From Eledone cirrhosa (Eukaryota): a DNA stretch of 64,000 nt. A program made the position numbers and the translations under genes. The notes below the pieces were generated by a model. The model was not told the DNA's origin and made no database searches. It saw only the letters and a list, made by a program, of their open reading frames with translations. The stretch is taken from positions 30,876,001 to 30,940,000 of the forward strand of contig OZ024747.1 of assembly GCA_964016885.1 (NCBI GenBank), read 5' to 3'. Below, piece after piece: positions 52,300 through 64,000 of the stretch. The first letter of the stretch is position 1; every line of letters starts with the position of its first letter.

Positions 52300-53813
52300 G
52301 GAAAGGCAGACATCTTAATTATAAGCTTTTCTGGGTGGGTAATGATGATGGGTTAGGTGGGGTATGCATTTTACTGGCTGAGAGATGGATCGATAAACAA
52401 TAGAGATAGTTAGAGTTAGTAATAGAATAATTAAGCTTAGATTAGTTGTAGGCAGGAGACTGCTGACAATCATCTCTGCTTATGCTCCCCAGGCAGGCCT
52501 AGGTAAAGAAGAGAAAGACTGCTTTTATCAGCAACTTTTAGAAACAGCCACAATGACAGAGGACGGAGATATTGTAATGCTAGCAGGGGACTTCAATGGT
52601 CATGTTGGTCAGCTCCAGGATGGATACACTGTGGTACATGGTGGGCACGGTTATGGCTTAAGAAATGAAGAAGGTGTGAGACTTCTTGAATTTTGTGATG
52701 CTAGTGCACCAACCATTTGCAACACTAACTTCAAGAAACATACCAACCACCAAATAGCCTACAAATCAGGCGAGCACATAAACCAGATTGACTTCCTGCT
52801 AGTTAGGCAGCGAGACAGACAGATGGTTTCAAATACTAAGGCATACCCCGGGGAAGAATGTACCCCACAGCATAGGTTAGTCGTTAGTGATATCTCAGTA
52901 AGCAAAAGACAAAATGAGACATACAGGAAGGTGTGGAAAAGGAAGGTCTAGAAGCTAAAATATAAATTTAAGAAAGCTCTTCAAGAAGTGTATGACGAAA
53001 AAAAGACGATTTAGAATCATATGACACAGATGATAACTGGAATTTCTTACGTGACAACTGACTGCAGGCTACTGATGAAACTTGCGTCTGGAGCAGAGCC
53101 ACAAGTTTCAGACATAGAGTGATCTGGTGGTGGAACAGCATGGTAGATAGGGCCATTAGAGATAAAAGACTAGCATGGAATGCTTGTAAAAACGGTGGGA
53201 GTAGAGAAGGTTACACAACCACTAAGAGAGAAGCTAGATGTCAGGTGTACTTAGCAGCAGGGACGCTGAGAGTAGGAGATTTGCCAATGTTCTGTGACGG
53301 GAAGATCAGAGACGTGCGGTGTTCCGCATTGCAAGTCAGTGTGTCAGTGTAAATCAGTATGTTGTTGGAGATAAGTGTGTCTCAAATTATGCCGGTGTAC
53401 TTAGTGTCACTAATGATCAGAAAAAAAGAGGTCTACCCGACAGAGGGACCAGCTATTGAGATTGACGAATATAGGGTCCAAGAGGCAATTAAGGAACTGA
53501 AAAATGGTAAGGCCGCTGGACCGTCGGGGATAGTTGCTGAGATGCTGAAGGCATCAGGAGAAGTAAGCACTAAACTGGTTGCACGCATCATCAATCAGGC
53601 TATATATGGCGGTGTCATACCCAAAGACTGGAGCAGCAGTATTCTCATAAATTGCTACAAAGGTAAAGAGGATGCTCTGGAGAGGAGCAGTTACAGGGGC
53701 ATAAAACTGATGGATCAGGTTATGAAAGTGACAGAAAGAATATTAGCACTACTAATTAGAGAAAGGGACTAATTAGATGAGATGCAGTTTGGTTTTGTGC
53801 TTGGGAAAAGTAC
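52300..53813 (+). mobile_element. RTE-type LINE fragment (APE to early RT), degenerate
   Basis: YKLFWVG, AGDFNGHVG, QIDFLL, YRGIKLMDQ. Confidence 0.88.
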
Positions 53814-54288
53814 AGAGTGTGTGTTTATATGTGTTTCTTGATATTGTACTTAAGGGAAATATTAATAAATAAATATATACACAAGTACAATAACAACAAA
53901 CACATATAAACCCACACTAGTAGACAAAGATAGAATATAAAAACCAAAACACATACGAAAGAACTTTGATAGACTTTATATAGATATATATTTATATCTG
54001 CATTTTTGATAAACATTGATTGCCAAATGAATTAACTATGGAGTTATAAAAGATACAGAAGACAAAACCAACCAAACAGTGAGTGTGTTCTGTTATTATT
54101 TCTGGCAATATTATTACAACAAAATGACCTTCCCCAGGAATAACAATATTTGTTTCAACTCACGATTTCATATCAAAAACCTCGCAAAACAAATATATAT
54201 ATATATATACAAGTTATCCCGTGTTCAATCGGGGGTACCCACAGTAAGTAAGGTACTCAATACAAAGCAGAGTATAAATGTTTTATAC

Positions 54289-54393
54289 AGAAAAGCTTCT
54301 ACAGGACTAGAACTGTTTCATTCATGAGAAATCATCAGGAGCTTTCTGGATTTCTTACGAATGAAACAGTTCTAGTCCTGTAGAAGCTTTTCT
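54289..54393. repeat. Foldback palindrome with 45-bp arms
   Basis: agaaaagcttctacaggactagaactgtttcattc... and its reverse complement, two mismatches, 15-nt spacer. Confidence 0.85.
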
Positions 54394-54396
54394 ATA

Positions 54397-54459
<63 letters not shown>

Positions 54460-54696
54460 TATGCATGTATACGTACATACATATATGTATACAGACGTAC
54501 AGTAGCATGCACATATATATATATATATATACATATATACATACATATGCATACAGGTACACATACATATATGCACGTATCAGTTTAGCGGTGCTAACGT
54601 CGCTTTGTTCGTTTGTAAACAAACTGAACAGCCTGAATTTATGCCATACAGTGTTAAGGCAACCACGTCACCTTTTTGTTCAACACTGACACAGGA

Positions 54697-54739
54697 ACGA
54701 TGTACTAGTTTCAAGCTTGTTAGCTATCATCAGCACCGT
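54697..54739 (-). ncRNA. Minimal type I hammerhead ribozyme, unit 1
   Basis: Minus: acggtg-CTGATGA-tagct(aaca)agctt-GAAA-CTAG-TA-catcgt. Confidence 0.88.
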
Positions 54740-55164
54740 TTACCCATCTGCCAGATAGTTGAACGTTCGAAAGTATATACTTTCCTTATGAAAATTAACG
54801 GCTGAGCAGCCTAATTTGCATATTGAGTGAGTTAAATCGGTCAGGCATACCGAAAACGATAAATTGAAACAAAATGAAAACGAAATTTCATTTCTCACTC
54901 TTAGTATGGCACTTACTTAAATGTAAGTATGCATGTATACGTACATACATATATGTATACAGACGTACAGTAGCATGCACATATATATATATATATATAC
55001 ATATATACATACATATGCATACAGGTACACATACATATATGCACGTATCGGTTTAGCGGCGCTAACGTCGCTTTGTTCGTTTGTAAACAAACTGAACAGC
55101 CTGAATTTATGCCATACGGTGTTAAGGCAACCACGTCACCTTTTTGTTCAACACTGACACAGGA

Positions 55165-55207
55165 ACGATGTACTAGTTTCAAGCTTGTTAGCTATCATCA
55201 GCACCGT
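55165..55207 (-). ncRNA. Minimal type I hammerhead ribozyme, unit 2
   Basis: Identical to 54697-54739. Confidence 0.88.
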
Positions 55208-55632
55208 TTACCCATCTGCCAGATAGTTGAACGTTCGAAAGTATATACTTTCCTTATGAAAATTAACGGCTGAGCAGCCTAATTTGCATATTGAGTGAGT
55301 TAAATCGGTCAGGCATACCGAAAACGATAAATTGAAACAAAATGAAAACGAAATTTCATTTCTCACTCTTAGTATGGCACTTACTTAAATGTAAGTATGC
55401 ATGTATACGTACATACATATATGTATACAGACGTACAGTAGCATGCACATATATATATATATATATACATATATACATACATATGCATACAGGTACACAT
55501 ACATATATGCACGTATCAGTTTAGCGGCGCTAACGTCGCTTTGTTCGTTTGTAAACAAACTGAACAGCCTGAATTTATGCCATACGGTGTTAAGGCAACC
55601 ACGTCACCTTTTTGTTCAACACTGACACAGGA

Positions 55633-55675
55633 ACGATGTACTAGTTTCAAGCTTGTTAGCTATCATCAGCACCGT
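55633..55675 (-). ncRNA. Minimal type I hammerhead ribozyme, unit 3
   Basis: Identical to 54697-54739. Confidence 0.88.
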
Positions 55676-56282
55676 TTACCCATCTGCCAGATAGTTGAAC
55701 GTTCGAAAGTATATACTTTCCTTATGAAAATTAACGGCTGAGCAGCCTAATTTGCATATTGAGTGAGTTAAATCGGTCAGGCATACCGAAAACGATAAAT
55801 TGAAACAAAATGAAAACGAAATTTCATTTCTCACTCTTAGTATGGCACTTACTTAAATGTAAGTATGCATGTATACGTACATACATATATGTATACAGAC
55901 GTACAGTAGCATGCACATATATATATATATATATACATATATACATACATATGCATACAGGTACACATACATATATGCACGTATCAGTTTAGCGGCGCTA
56001 ACGTCGCTTTGTTCGTTTGTAAACAAACTGAACAGCATAAATTCAGGCTGTTCAGTTTGTTTACAAACGAACAAAGCGACGTTAGCGCCGCTAAACTGAT
56101 ACGTGCATATATGTATGTGTACCTGTATGCATATGTATGTATATATGTATATATATATATATATATGTGCATGCTACTGTACGTCTGTATACATATATGT
56201 ATGTACGTATACATGCATACTTACATTTAAGTAAGTGCCATACTAAGAGTGAGAAATGAAATTTCGTTTTCATTTTGTTTCA

Positions 56283-56327
<45 letters not shown>

Positions 56328-56340
56328 TGTATATATATAG

Positions 56341-58642
56341 TTAAAGAAAGGAGAGTAACATGGCTGACTGTACAACAAGGGCTTTATTCAAAGTGCTGAC
56401 AATTGTTTCGTTGATCTGGTGCCTCTAGAGTTCGCTAATCGCTTGATGCTGCGTCAATCGATCTCCAATACGTTGTTTACAACCAGGGACAACATCAACA
56501 AACCTGATAACACCAACACTACCTGCTCATACAGAAATAAAAAGCATAGGACTAAGCATAGATCTAGACAACTAGCACCAATAATAGGAGAACAGAGCAC
56601 TAATAATAGAAACCCCCAAAACTATAGAAGAACCAGAGAAAGAAAGTACCTATGGTTCAATCCGATTTTCAACTCATCTATAAGAACTACCTTCTATGTT
56701 TTTTAAACTAACAGATAAACACTTACCTACACTACATAGATACCATAAAATCTTCAATAGAAAAACTATAAACCTTTCATAGTCTACTGCAGCCAACATA
56801 GAATCGTACATACGTAAGATCAACCACAAAAATATCTCTAAGGAAATTACCCCACCAACGCGCACCATAGCACCAAATACAAAACACAAACATATAACAA
56901 CATCACAACCACAAATGCATCTGAACACACCACAGCAAAACATCAATAGGCCTAAATCGCAACCCACACAAAACAACTTTCAAAACCGCAATGAAGAAGT
57001 TGCCCAGAATAATACCTCAAACTGCAATTGTCACCTTCCAGATAAGTGCCCACTAAGGAATAGATGCCTGGATTCCAGCTTGGTGTACCTGTGTACTGTA
57101 AATTCAGGCAATTCCACTTGGCACTACATAGGATCCACAGCAGGGGAATTTAAAAAAAGGTGGTACGTCCACAGACACTCTCTGAGGAACTGTGCATTGG
57201 AGAATTCTACAACGCTCGCCAATAAAATCTGGCAGCTTAAGGACAAAATCCTTGAATACAATATTAGCTCGTCGAAATTAGCAGCAGCAAAAGCCTATAG
57301 CAATGGTATGTCCCACTGCGGGCTCTGTAACTTGGAATTGCTACATATCTTAAGGTACGATAAGATGCTGCTTAACAGCAAAATAGAAAGATCCATTTTC
57401 TACAGACATAAGATTGCTACTAGATTTACAAAATTTAAACCACCGTGATTCGAACCAGCATTCCCAAAATTAATAGAAAACCACTTAGACTTTAACATAT
57501 GAAAGCCGCACTCTCACACAGCTATTCCAGAACCATAAATTTCTGTAAACCTCTGCCAGCCTCCCTCCATCAATACCATCAAGATAGTATAGCAGGCACA
57601 ATGTCTACTACAAACATTTATCAATTATCTTGTCAGCCCATAAATTAATCTCGTCTTTAGTGTTGTTCATTCTTTCGGACCACACCATTGTATCTACATA
57701 TCTCATATTAGCACCCATGAACACATACAGATGAACTTAATTCTAAGTACATTATCTTATTACTTCCTAACTCTTATTTTCTTCTTATTATTATCATTTC
57801 AATGTACTCTATCCTTGATTTTATTCGCCATGTTCTCTATCCATTTACCATGCATGTTTCATTATTGATGTTATTGTTTTAATTATACGCTATTTTGTTA
57901 TTGATGTTACAAAACTTAAACCTCCATGATTCGAACCAGCAATCCCAAAATTTGGACTAAACCACCTAAATCTTAACATACTGAATCCACAATTTTCACT
58001 TAATACCAGCTACCATAGAACCATAAATCTCTATACACTCCCTCCATCAATCTCACTAGGATAATACAACAGGGGAAAATATCTACTACAACCATTTATC
58101 TGTGAAACCATAAATTAATCTCCGTTTTATTGTTGTTCATTTTTCAGCCCCACAGCTCATTTGTATCTAAATCTCTCATAATTGCACTTACAGTATAGAT
58201 CCTAAAATCTGACTCTAAGTACATTTTATTATTTTATTCCTTTATCTACTTTTCCTCATTCTCTTAATATTACTACTACTTTTAATGTACCCTATCTTAG
58301 ATTTCACATGTCACTTCATACATCTGTATCATCTCTGTTTATTTACCATGCGTGTTATATTATTGATGTTATTGTTCTAATTATTTGCTATCTAGCTATT
58401 TTGTTACTGATGTTATTGTTTTGGTTTAACACCACTCTTCTATAAAAGCCATGCCTTGCGTATTATTCTCATATCCACTTGCTCTGATGTATTGACTGGT
58501 TGTAAACAACGTATTGGAGATCGATTTACGCAGCATCAAGCGATTAGCGAACTCTAGACACACCAGATCAACGAAACAATTGTCAGCACTTTGAATAAAG
58601 CCCTTATTGAACAGCCAACCATGTAACTCTTCTTTCTTTAAA
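56341..58642 (+). mobile_element. 5'-truncated Penelope-like element with inverted pLTR segment
   Basis: YLWFNP; ORF 56915-57448 with CNCHLPDKCPL..CL..LVYLC...YIGSTAGEFKKRWYVH (GIY-YIG); 56341-56486 is the reverse complement of 58496-58641; 3' UTR duplicated with ~481-bp period. Confidence 0.9.
58480..58588 (+). ncRNA. Hammerhead motif with variant core (CTGATGT)
   Basis: tgct-CTGATGT-attgactggt...accagatcaac-GAAA-CAATTG-TC-agca. Confidence 0.65.
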
Positions 58643-58830
58643 TATTATTACTCCAAGTATAACCTGCATAGAAATTACCGCGAATTCGCTGCATCACTAT
58701 GGAAGCATCTTGTTGAATCAAACTAAGCTGCACGTTAAAATCATCCACAACACGGAGTGCTCAAACTGGACTACCTCTAAGTGGATCACCTATAATGATA
58801 ACTTGTTATCCCATATATATATATATATAT

Positions 58831-59212
58831 ATCATCATCATCATTTTACATCAGCTCTTCCCTGCTTGCAAGGTGGCACGGGTCTTATTCAGCACAGCAT
58901 CTGTCCACTTGTCACGGTCCTTCGTCATCTCCACTGTGAGCTTCAGCGATCTGAGGTCTGTTCTCACCACCTCCGCCCATGTTTTTTGTGATCTACCTCT
59001 ACCACGTCTTCCTTCAACTGGTATTTCCTGGCACTTCTTCACCCATCGGTCATCCTCCATGCGCATCACATGTCCATACCACCTCAGTCTCCTCTCTCGC
59101 ACACTACATTCTATCCCTCTCAGACACAATTTCTCTCTCAACACATTCATGCTGGGTCGTTCACGCACATTGACACTGCACATCCAACGGAGCATGCTTG
59201 CCTCATTTCTCT
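58831..59212 (-). mobile_element. RTE-type LINE subfamily B, 3' fragment
   Basis: Close match to 50200-50590. Confidence 0.9.
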
Positions 59213-59455
59213 CTCTCTCTATATATATATATATATGTATATATGTATAACGTACTTATGTGTGTATATTTATATACGTTTATATAATTATAGGTATACA
59301 CACATATATATATATTAATGTGTATTCGGTGTATTCGTTCGTATGTGTGCGGGTACATGTGTCATTTAGGTTTATGTATGTGTACGTGCATGTTTATGCA
59401 TGGCGGGTGTTTTCGCGTTTGCACGAGCATGTACGTATGTGGATGCGTGTATGTA

Positions 59456-60510
59456 TCTAAACTATAATAAAGGAAGGTCTGCGGGACTGCGTACAATTTT
59501 TTTTTATCCCGTTAGTAAATTAAGTTGGATTACTTTGAATAAATAATGAATGAATATTACATAATTTATCTACTAAATTTCGTAAACAAAAATAATTTAA
59601 AATTGACTTCTTTTCAAAATTGCACTTCCGATATATCGTTGCCACCACCACCACCACTTCAACTACCATATATATAGAAAGAGAGAGTGAGTGATGTCAA
59701 CACTTCCGGTGGCCATCACTTAAATAAACATACAAATGTTCTGTCACTAATTTTCTCCTAATGCAGTTTATATATAATATCGTCTTTTTTTAATGTATCA
59801 TGGATTACGTTACTGATTACATAAGACAGTGTAAGACAGTCTTCTTTCAATTTCTGTGTATATTGTCAATTACGATTTTATTTGATCATATCTACATGTA
59901 TATATACTTGCGAGTAATATCAATATACACACTACACATGCTAGCAGAAAACCACCCGAGGGTGGTTTTTCTGCTAGTATATCTAATTAAAATTACTTTT
60001 ATGATTTCAATAACCCCAGTCATTTTCGTTCTACAAATTCTTTTACATTATTCTTAACTCTGAAGCCGACAATCATTCGGTTTCCTAAATAAAATATTAG
60101 TCTATGACTCCATTTATACCATAAACCTGGTTCTGTCTTTGCGTGTAATTGTTCTCATCGTCCAACATAATGACGTATTATCTTCGTTTTTTCCGTTCAT
60201 TGACAGGGAACGTCTCCACGAAGCACCTAATAGAATATTAGTCTACGACTTCATTTATAACATAAACATGGTTTTGTCTTTGCGTGTAAATGTTTTCACC
60301 TCTCCAAATAATGACGTATTATCTTCACTATTTTCCGTTCATTGCCAGGGAATGTCTTCACGAACCAAAGTATCGTCTTCCTGTTTTCCTTTGGTTGCCA
60401 CGTTTTTCGAAATATTTACTTCTGCATTCACAGATCGATGTTTTTTAGTTTCAGAAGATCCCGTTAAGGGTGAAAGCAGCGATTCTTTGCTTAAACTTTA
60501 ATCTGTTATT
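59456..60510. mobile_element. Helitron-like non-autonomous element(s)
   Basis: a|TCTAAACTATAATAAAGG at 59456; hairpin ending CTAG|t at 59941-59977; 59990-60510 related to 13850-14220. Confidence 0.5.
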
Positions 60511-60598
60511 TTAATAAATATTTGCACTATATATTTGATATATATTTATCCTTATCGAACCCTCTTTGGATTTTAGTCTTCACATTTATTATTATTAC

Positions 60599-60669
<71 letters not shown>

Positions 60670-60674
<5 letters not shown>

Positions 60675-61113
60675 CGTTTCATTTTTTCCGTTTATCGTTT
60701 TCGGTGCACCCGGCCGATTAACCCACTCGATATGCAAATTGGACTATTCAGCCGTTAATATGCATAAGGAAAGTATATACTTTCGGACGTTAAATTATCT
60801 GGCAGGAAGGTATACGTTGCTGACGATAGCTAGCAAGCTTGAAACTAGTACAGCGTTCCTTTGTCAGTGTTGAACAAACGAGCAACGGTGGTTGCTAGAC
60901 ACTACGGCTTAATACGGGATGTTTGTTTACAAACACACCGAGCATTATAATAAATGTTTGGTGAATCCATACATACATATATATATGTGTGCATGTATGT
61001 ATATATACATACTACTGTACGTCTGTATACATATATGTATGTACGTATACATACTTATATTTAAGTAACAGCCGTACTAAGAGTGGGAAATGAAATTTCG
61101 TTTCATTTTTTCC

Positions 61114-61119
<6 letters not shown>
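60670..61119 (+). mobile_element. Diverged 424-bp monomer of the 468-bp family with 26-bp terminal redundancy
   Basis: aatttcgtttcattttttccgtttat at 60670 and 61094; homologous to the reverse complement of the 54457 unit; inside (TA)n. Confidence 0.85.
60814..60856 (+). ncRNA. Minimal type I hammerhead ribozyme
   Basis: acgttg-CTGACGA-tagct(agca)agctt-GAAA-CTAG-TA-cagcgt. Confidence 0.88.
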
Positions 61120-61175
<56 letters not shown>

Positions 61176-61333
61176 GTATGGAGAAAAAGACGATCATTAC
61201 AGAGAAAAAAAAAATTTTGCCCTTTTATTTTTTCTCTTTTTTTTCCTGGGTCAGAAAATGTTTAAAACGAAATGTTTTAGTTTGTGTGAAGAGTTAATTT
61301 ATTTATTAGTTGACAATGGCATTTAATTATTTA

Positions 61334-61387
<54 letters not shown>

Positions 61388-61562
61388 ATACTATTTATAG
61401 TTATGTATATAGTATAAACAACTATAAACAAGAAGGTCAGTAATTTCTTATTACCTTATTACCAGTAAGAGAAATAACTCAATGTATGAACATCAGTTGT
61501 TTTACAGAGCAGGAAAATAAATAAATTATACAATAATCAAAGTTGTGTTCAAATCATTTAAT

Positions 61563-61608
61563 AGCTGACAATCGTTTCTTCCAAACTCACGTTTGGAGTC
61601 ATCGGAGC
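61563..61608 (-). ncRNA. Degenerate hammerhead motif (core CCGATGA)
   Basis: Minus: gct-CCGATGA-ctccaaac(gtga)gtttggaa-GAAA-CGATTG-TC-agc. Confidence 0.6.
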
Positions 61609-62671
61609 ATTATCAATGTTATCACATATAATTAACCTCCTATTCAACTGAACAATAATATAGATACATATAAATTGATGTTGTGAACAACAGTTTCGTA
61701 TTTACAGTGTGGAATGGATGTGACATATATTTTACGAGAATTGTACAATAATTGTACAAACATTCAAGTTCAAATTCAAATTCAAATTTAAATTAAATCC
61801 AAATCAAAAGCACGGAGTGGAATACATGCAACAGATAAAACAAGAGAATAGTCCAATTATTAAAGAGGCATTGAGAAAGTAGTTTTGAGAAAGGAAGAGT
61901 ACATTAACAATTCATATGCAGGCGTATGGAGAGTGCAACTGCGTTAGTCATATACATGAGAAGGACACAAGCAAAGCTATTATGCATATACAGATGAATA
62001 AATACTGCACTTTAAGCAAATATGTTAATGTATGAGAATCTATGGTGGGTGCTGTATGCTGATAGTGTTCGAATTAATGTGTGTTGAGAAACATACAGTT
62101 TTTGCAGACTTTTCAATGACATATGTTGAATAAAATTTTAGTTAATGTTTATATTTAATGTTAAAGTTAGTTAGAACAATGGATTGTGAATTAGTCTTAA
62201 TGTATTCATATTCATAGACTATATTTGATCAACCGTTAAATTTTCCAATCGTTAATTTCCGGAAGTGAATAAAGGGAGCTAATGCGTAAGGGGAGGTAAC
62301 TAGCTAATTAAGTTCAATTCAGTTATTAAAATTCTTTTGTTCTAATACACATTATAATGTGATATCATTGGATCTCTGTTACATAACGCTGTATATTTAT
62401 ACCTGATTTTAAATACAGTGTCTTTTACTATCATACATTAAAGTTCTCTTTAGATTGTTATCTATTCATTACTGGACAAGGTATATGTTATGAAGGATTG
62501 TAGCTGTTAATATGTCAAAATAGATATGCCATATGTGTAATAATATACATTATTGTTTTGAAAGTTAATCCCTAATATTCAATGCTATTACATTTTATAT
62601 TTAATTATAAATGTATATATACTTTATTATTATTATGTTGTGTAATTTAAGTATTTAATTATACAATTAAA

Positions 62672-63590
62672 TCTCTCTCAGTTATTTACCATGCGACCCT
62701 CAGTTCCTACCCCCCCCCCTCTATGCACTTCTTTAAGGCTTACTACCCTGTCTTTAACCTAATTCATTCAATCTGAAAATCTACGAAGGTATTTTAGCCT
62801 ACATATTGTCGTTAATATTATGATGTTCCCTGCTGTATTAGCGTTAAATTTTCCCTGCTGTATTAGCGATAAATTTTCTAGGGTTTCTCTTAGTAGTTTT
62901 TTTCATGACGTTATTATTGTTAATTTTACTGATGTAGTATTAACTTGGATATTTACCATGCGACCCTCAGTTCCTACCTTACAATTCCCATTCTTCTCTG
63001 CTAAAATGTATCACTAGAGCTGACTCCAATTATTCCAGCCATCCATCTAATCTACGAAGGTATTTTAGCCTACATATTGTCGTTAATATTATGATGTTCC
63101 CTGCTGTATTAGCGTTAAATTTTCCCTGCTGTATTAGCGATAAATTTTCTAGGGTTTCTCTTAGTAGTTTTTTTTTTTTTCATGACGTTATTATTGTTAA
63201 TTTTACTGATGTAGTATTAACTTATTAACTTGGATATTTACCATGCGGTATTCTAATCCTATTGTATCTCTCTCAGTTATTTACCATGCGACCCTCAGTT
63301 CCTACCCCCCCCCCTCTCTATGCACTTCTTTAAGGCTTACTACCCTGTCTTTAACCTAATTCATTCAATCTGAAAATCTACGAAGGTATTTTAGCCTACA
63401 TATTGTCGTTAATATTATGATGTTCCCTGCTGTATTAGCGTTAAATTTTCCCTGCTGTATTAGCGATAAATTTTCTAGGGTTTCTCTTAGTAGTTTTTTT
63501 TTTTTTTCATGACGTTATTATTGTTAATTTTACTGATGTAGTATTAACTTGGATATTTACCATGCGACCCTCAGTTCCTACCTTACAATT
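62672..63590. repeat. Irregular tandem duplication with ~270-330-bp units
   Basis: tctacgaaggtattttagcc at about 62780, 63051 and 63377; ttaccatgcgaccctcagttcctacc four times. Confidence 0.85.
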
Positions 63591-63901
63591 TCCCTCCCCC
63601 CCCACCCCCACACACCACCATAGTCTATTCGACCAATCAAACCTAGCATGCCATTTCCACTGCTGCTGCTACTACCTGCCTAACTAACTCTCTCCTCCTC
63701 TGGCGCATCCCAACACACCCTGCCATTACCCCACCACCACTGTTCTTCTAGCCCTCAATTTTCCCACCGTTATGGATGGATGAGCTGGGAATACACGAGC
63801 AACTCTGAATCAATAGATGAAATATGAATCTGCGAGCTACCAAGCACCCACGTGAAGCGCCAACCCAGAGACCCTCCCCTACGAGTGTCGACAAATGCCC
63901 A

Positions 63902-64000
63902 AAACTCCGAGTTGGTACCATCAATGTAGGCTCAATGAAAGGAAGAGCAGGAGAAATCGTAGAAATGCTAGAGCGAAAGGAAGTTGATGTATGCTGTGTG
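63902..64000 (+). mobile_element. Start of an RTE-type LINE AP endonuclease, running off the window
   Basis: KLRVGTINVGSMKGRAGEIVEMLERKEVDVCCV, a typical APE N-terminus. Confidence 0.8.

Larger units (their letters stand above)
54457..56288 (-). mobile_element. Tandem array of 468-bp hammerhead-containing units (about 3.4 copies) plus 254-bp inverted end; retrozyme-like
   Basis: Units start at 54457, 54925, 55393 and 55861, nearly identical; inversion 56035-56288; (TA)n flanks. Confidence 0.9.

Noticed and set aside
52300-52340. Two LINE copies (46591 and 52300) truncated near the same YKLFWVG codons
   Set aside because: Breakpoints are only approximately shared and two cases can be chance
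55073-55273. Repeated 60-74 aa ORFs in the 468-bp array
   Set aside because: Short, partly microsatellite-derived, no recognisable domain, not evidently preserved in the diverged 60670 copy

Overview
AT-rich eukaryotic genomic DNA with no intact host protein-coding gene. The (TA)n/(CA)n/(ATC)n microsatellite load and the LINE/SINE families look like a coleoid cephalopod such as Octopus (inference from repeat content only). Most ORF-track entries are microsatellite artefacts. The window contains one near-complete but disrupted RTE/BovB-type LINE with three C-terminal C2H2 fingers, about ten pieces of a second RTE-type LINE with a PHD-like finger inside RT, five or six Penelope-like (GIY-YIG) remnants, several SINEs, hAT and mariner MITEs, and Helitron-like ends. 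The main hidden signal is about 19 type-I hammerhead ribozyme motifs found by eye on both strands. Several lie in non-coding 424-703 bp units present as tandem arrays or as monomers with terminal redundancy, often with an inverted end and flanked by (TA)n. This is the architecture of retrozyme-like non-autonomous retroelements that may use a circular RNA and be mobilised by Penelope-like elements. All ribozyme folds are manual and untested.
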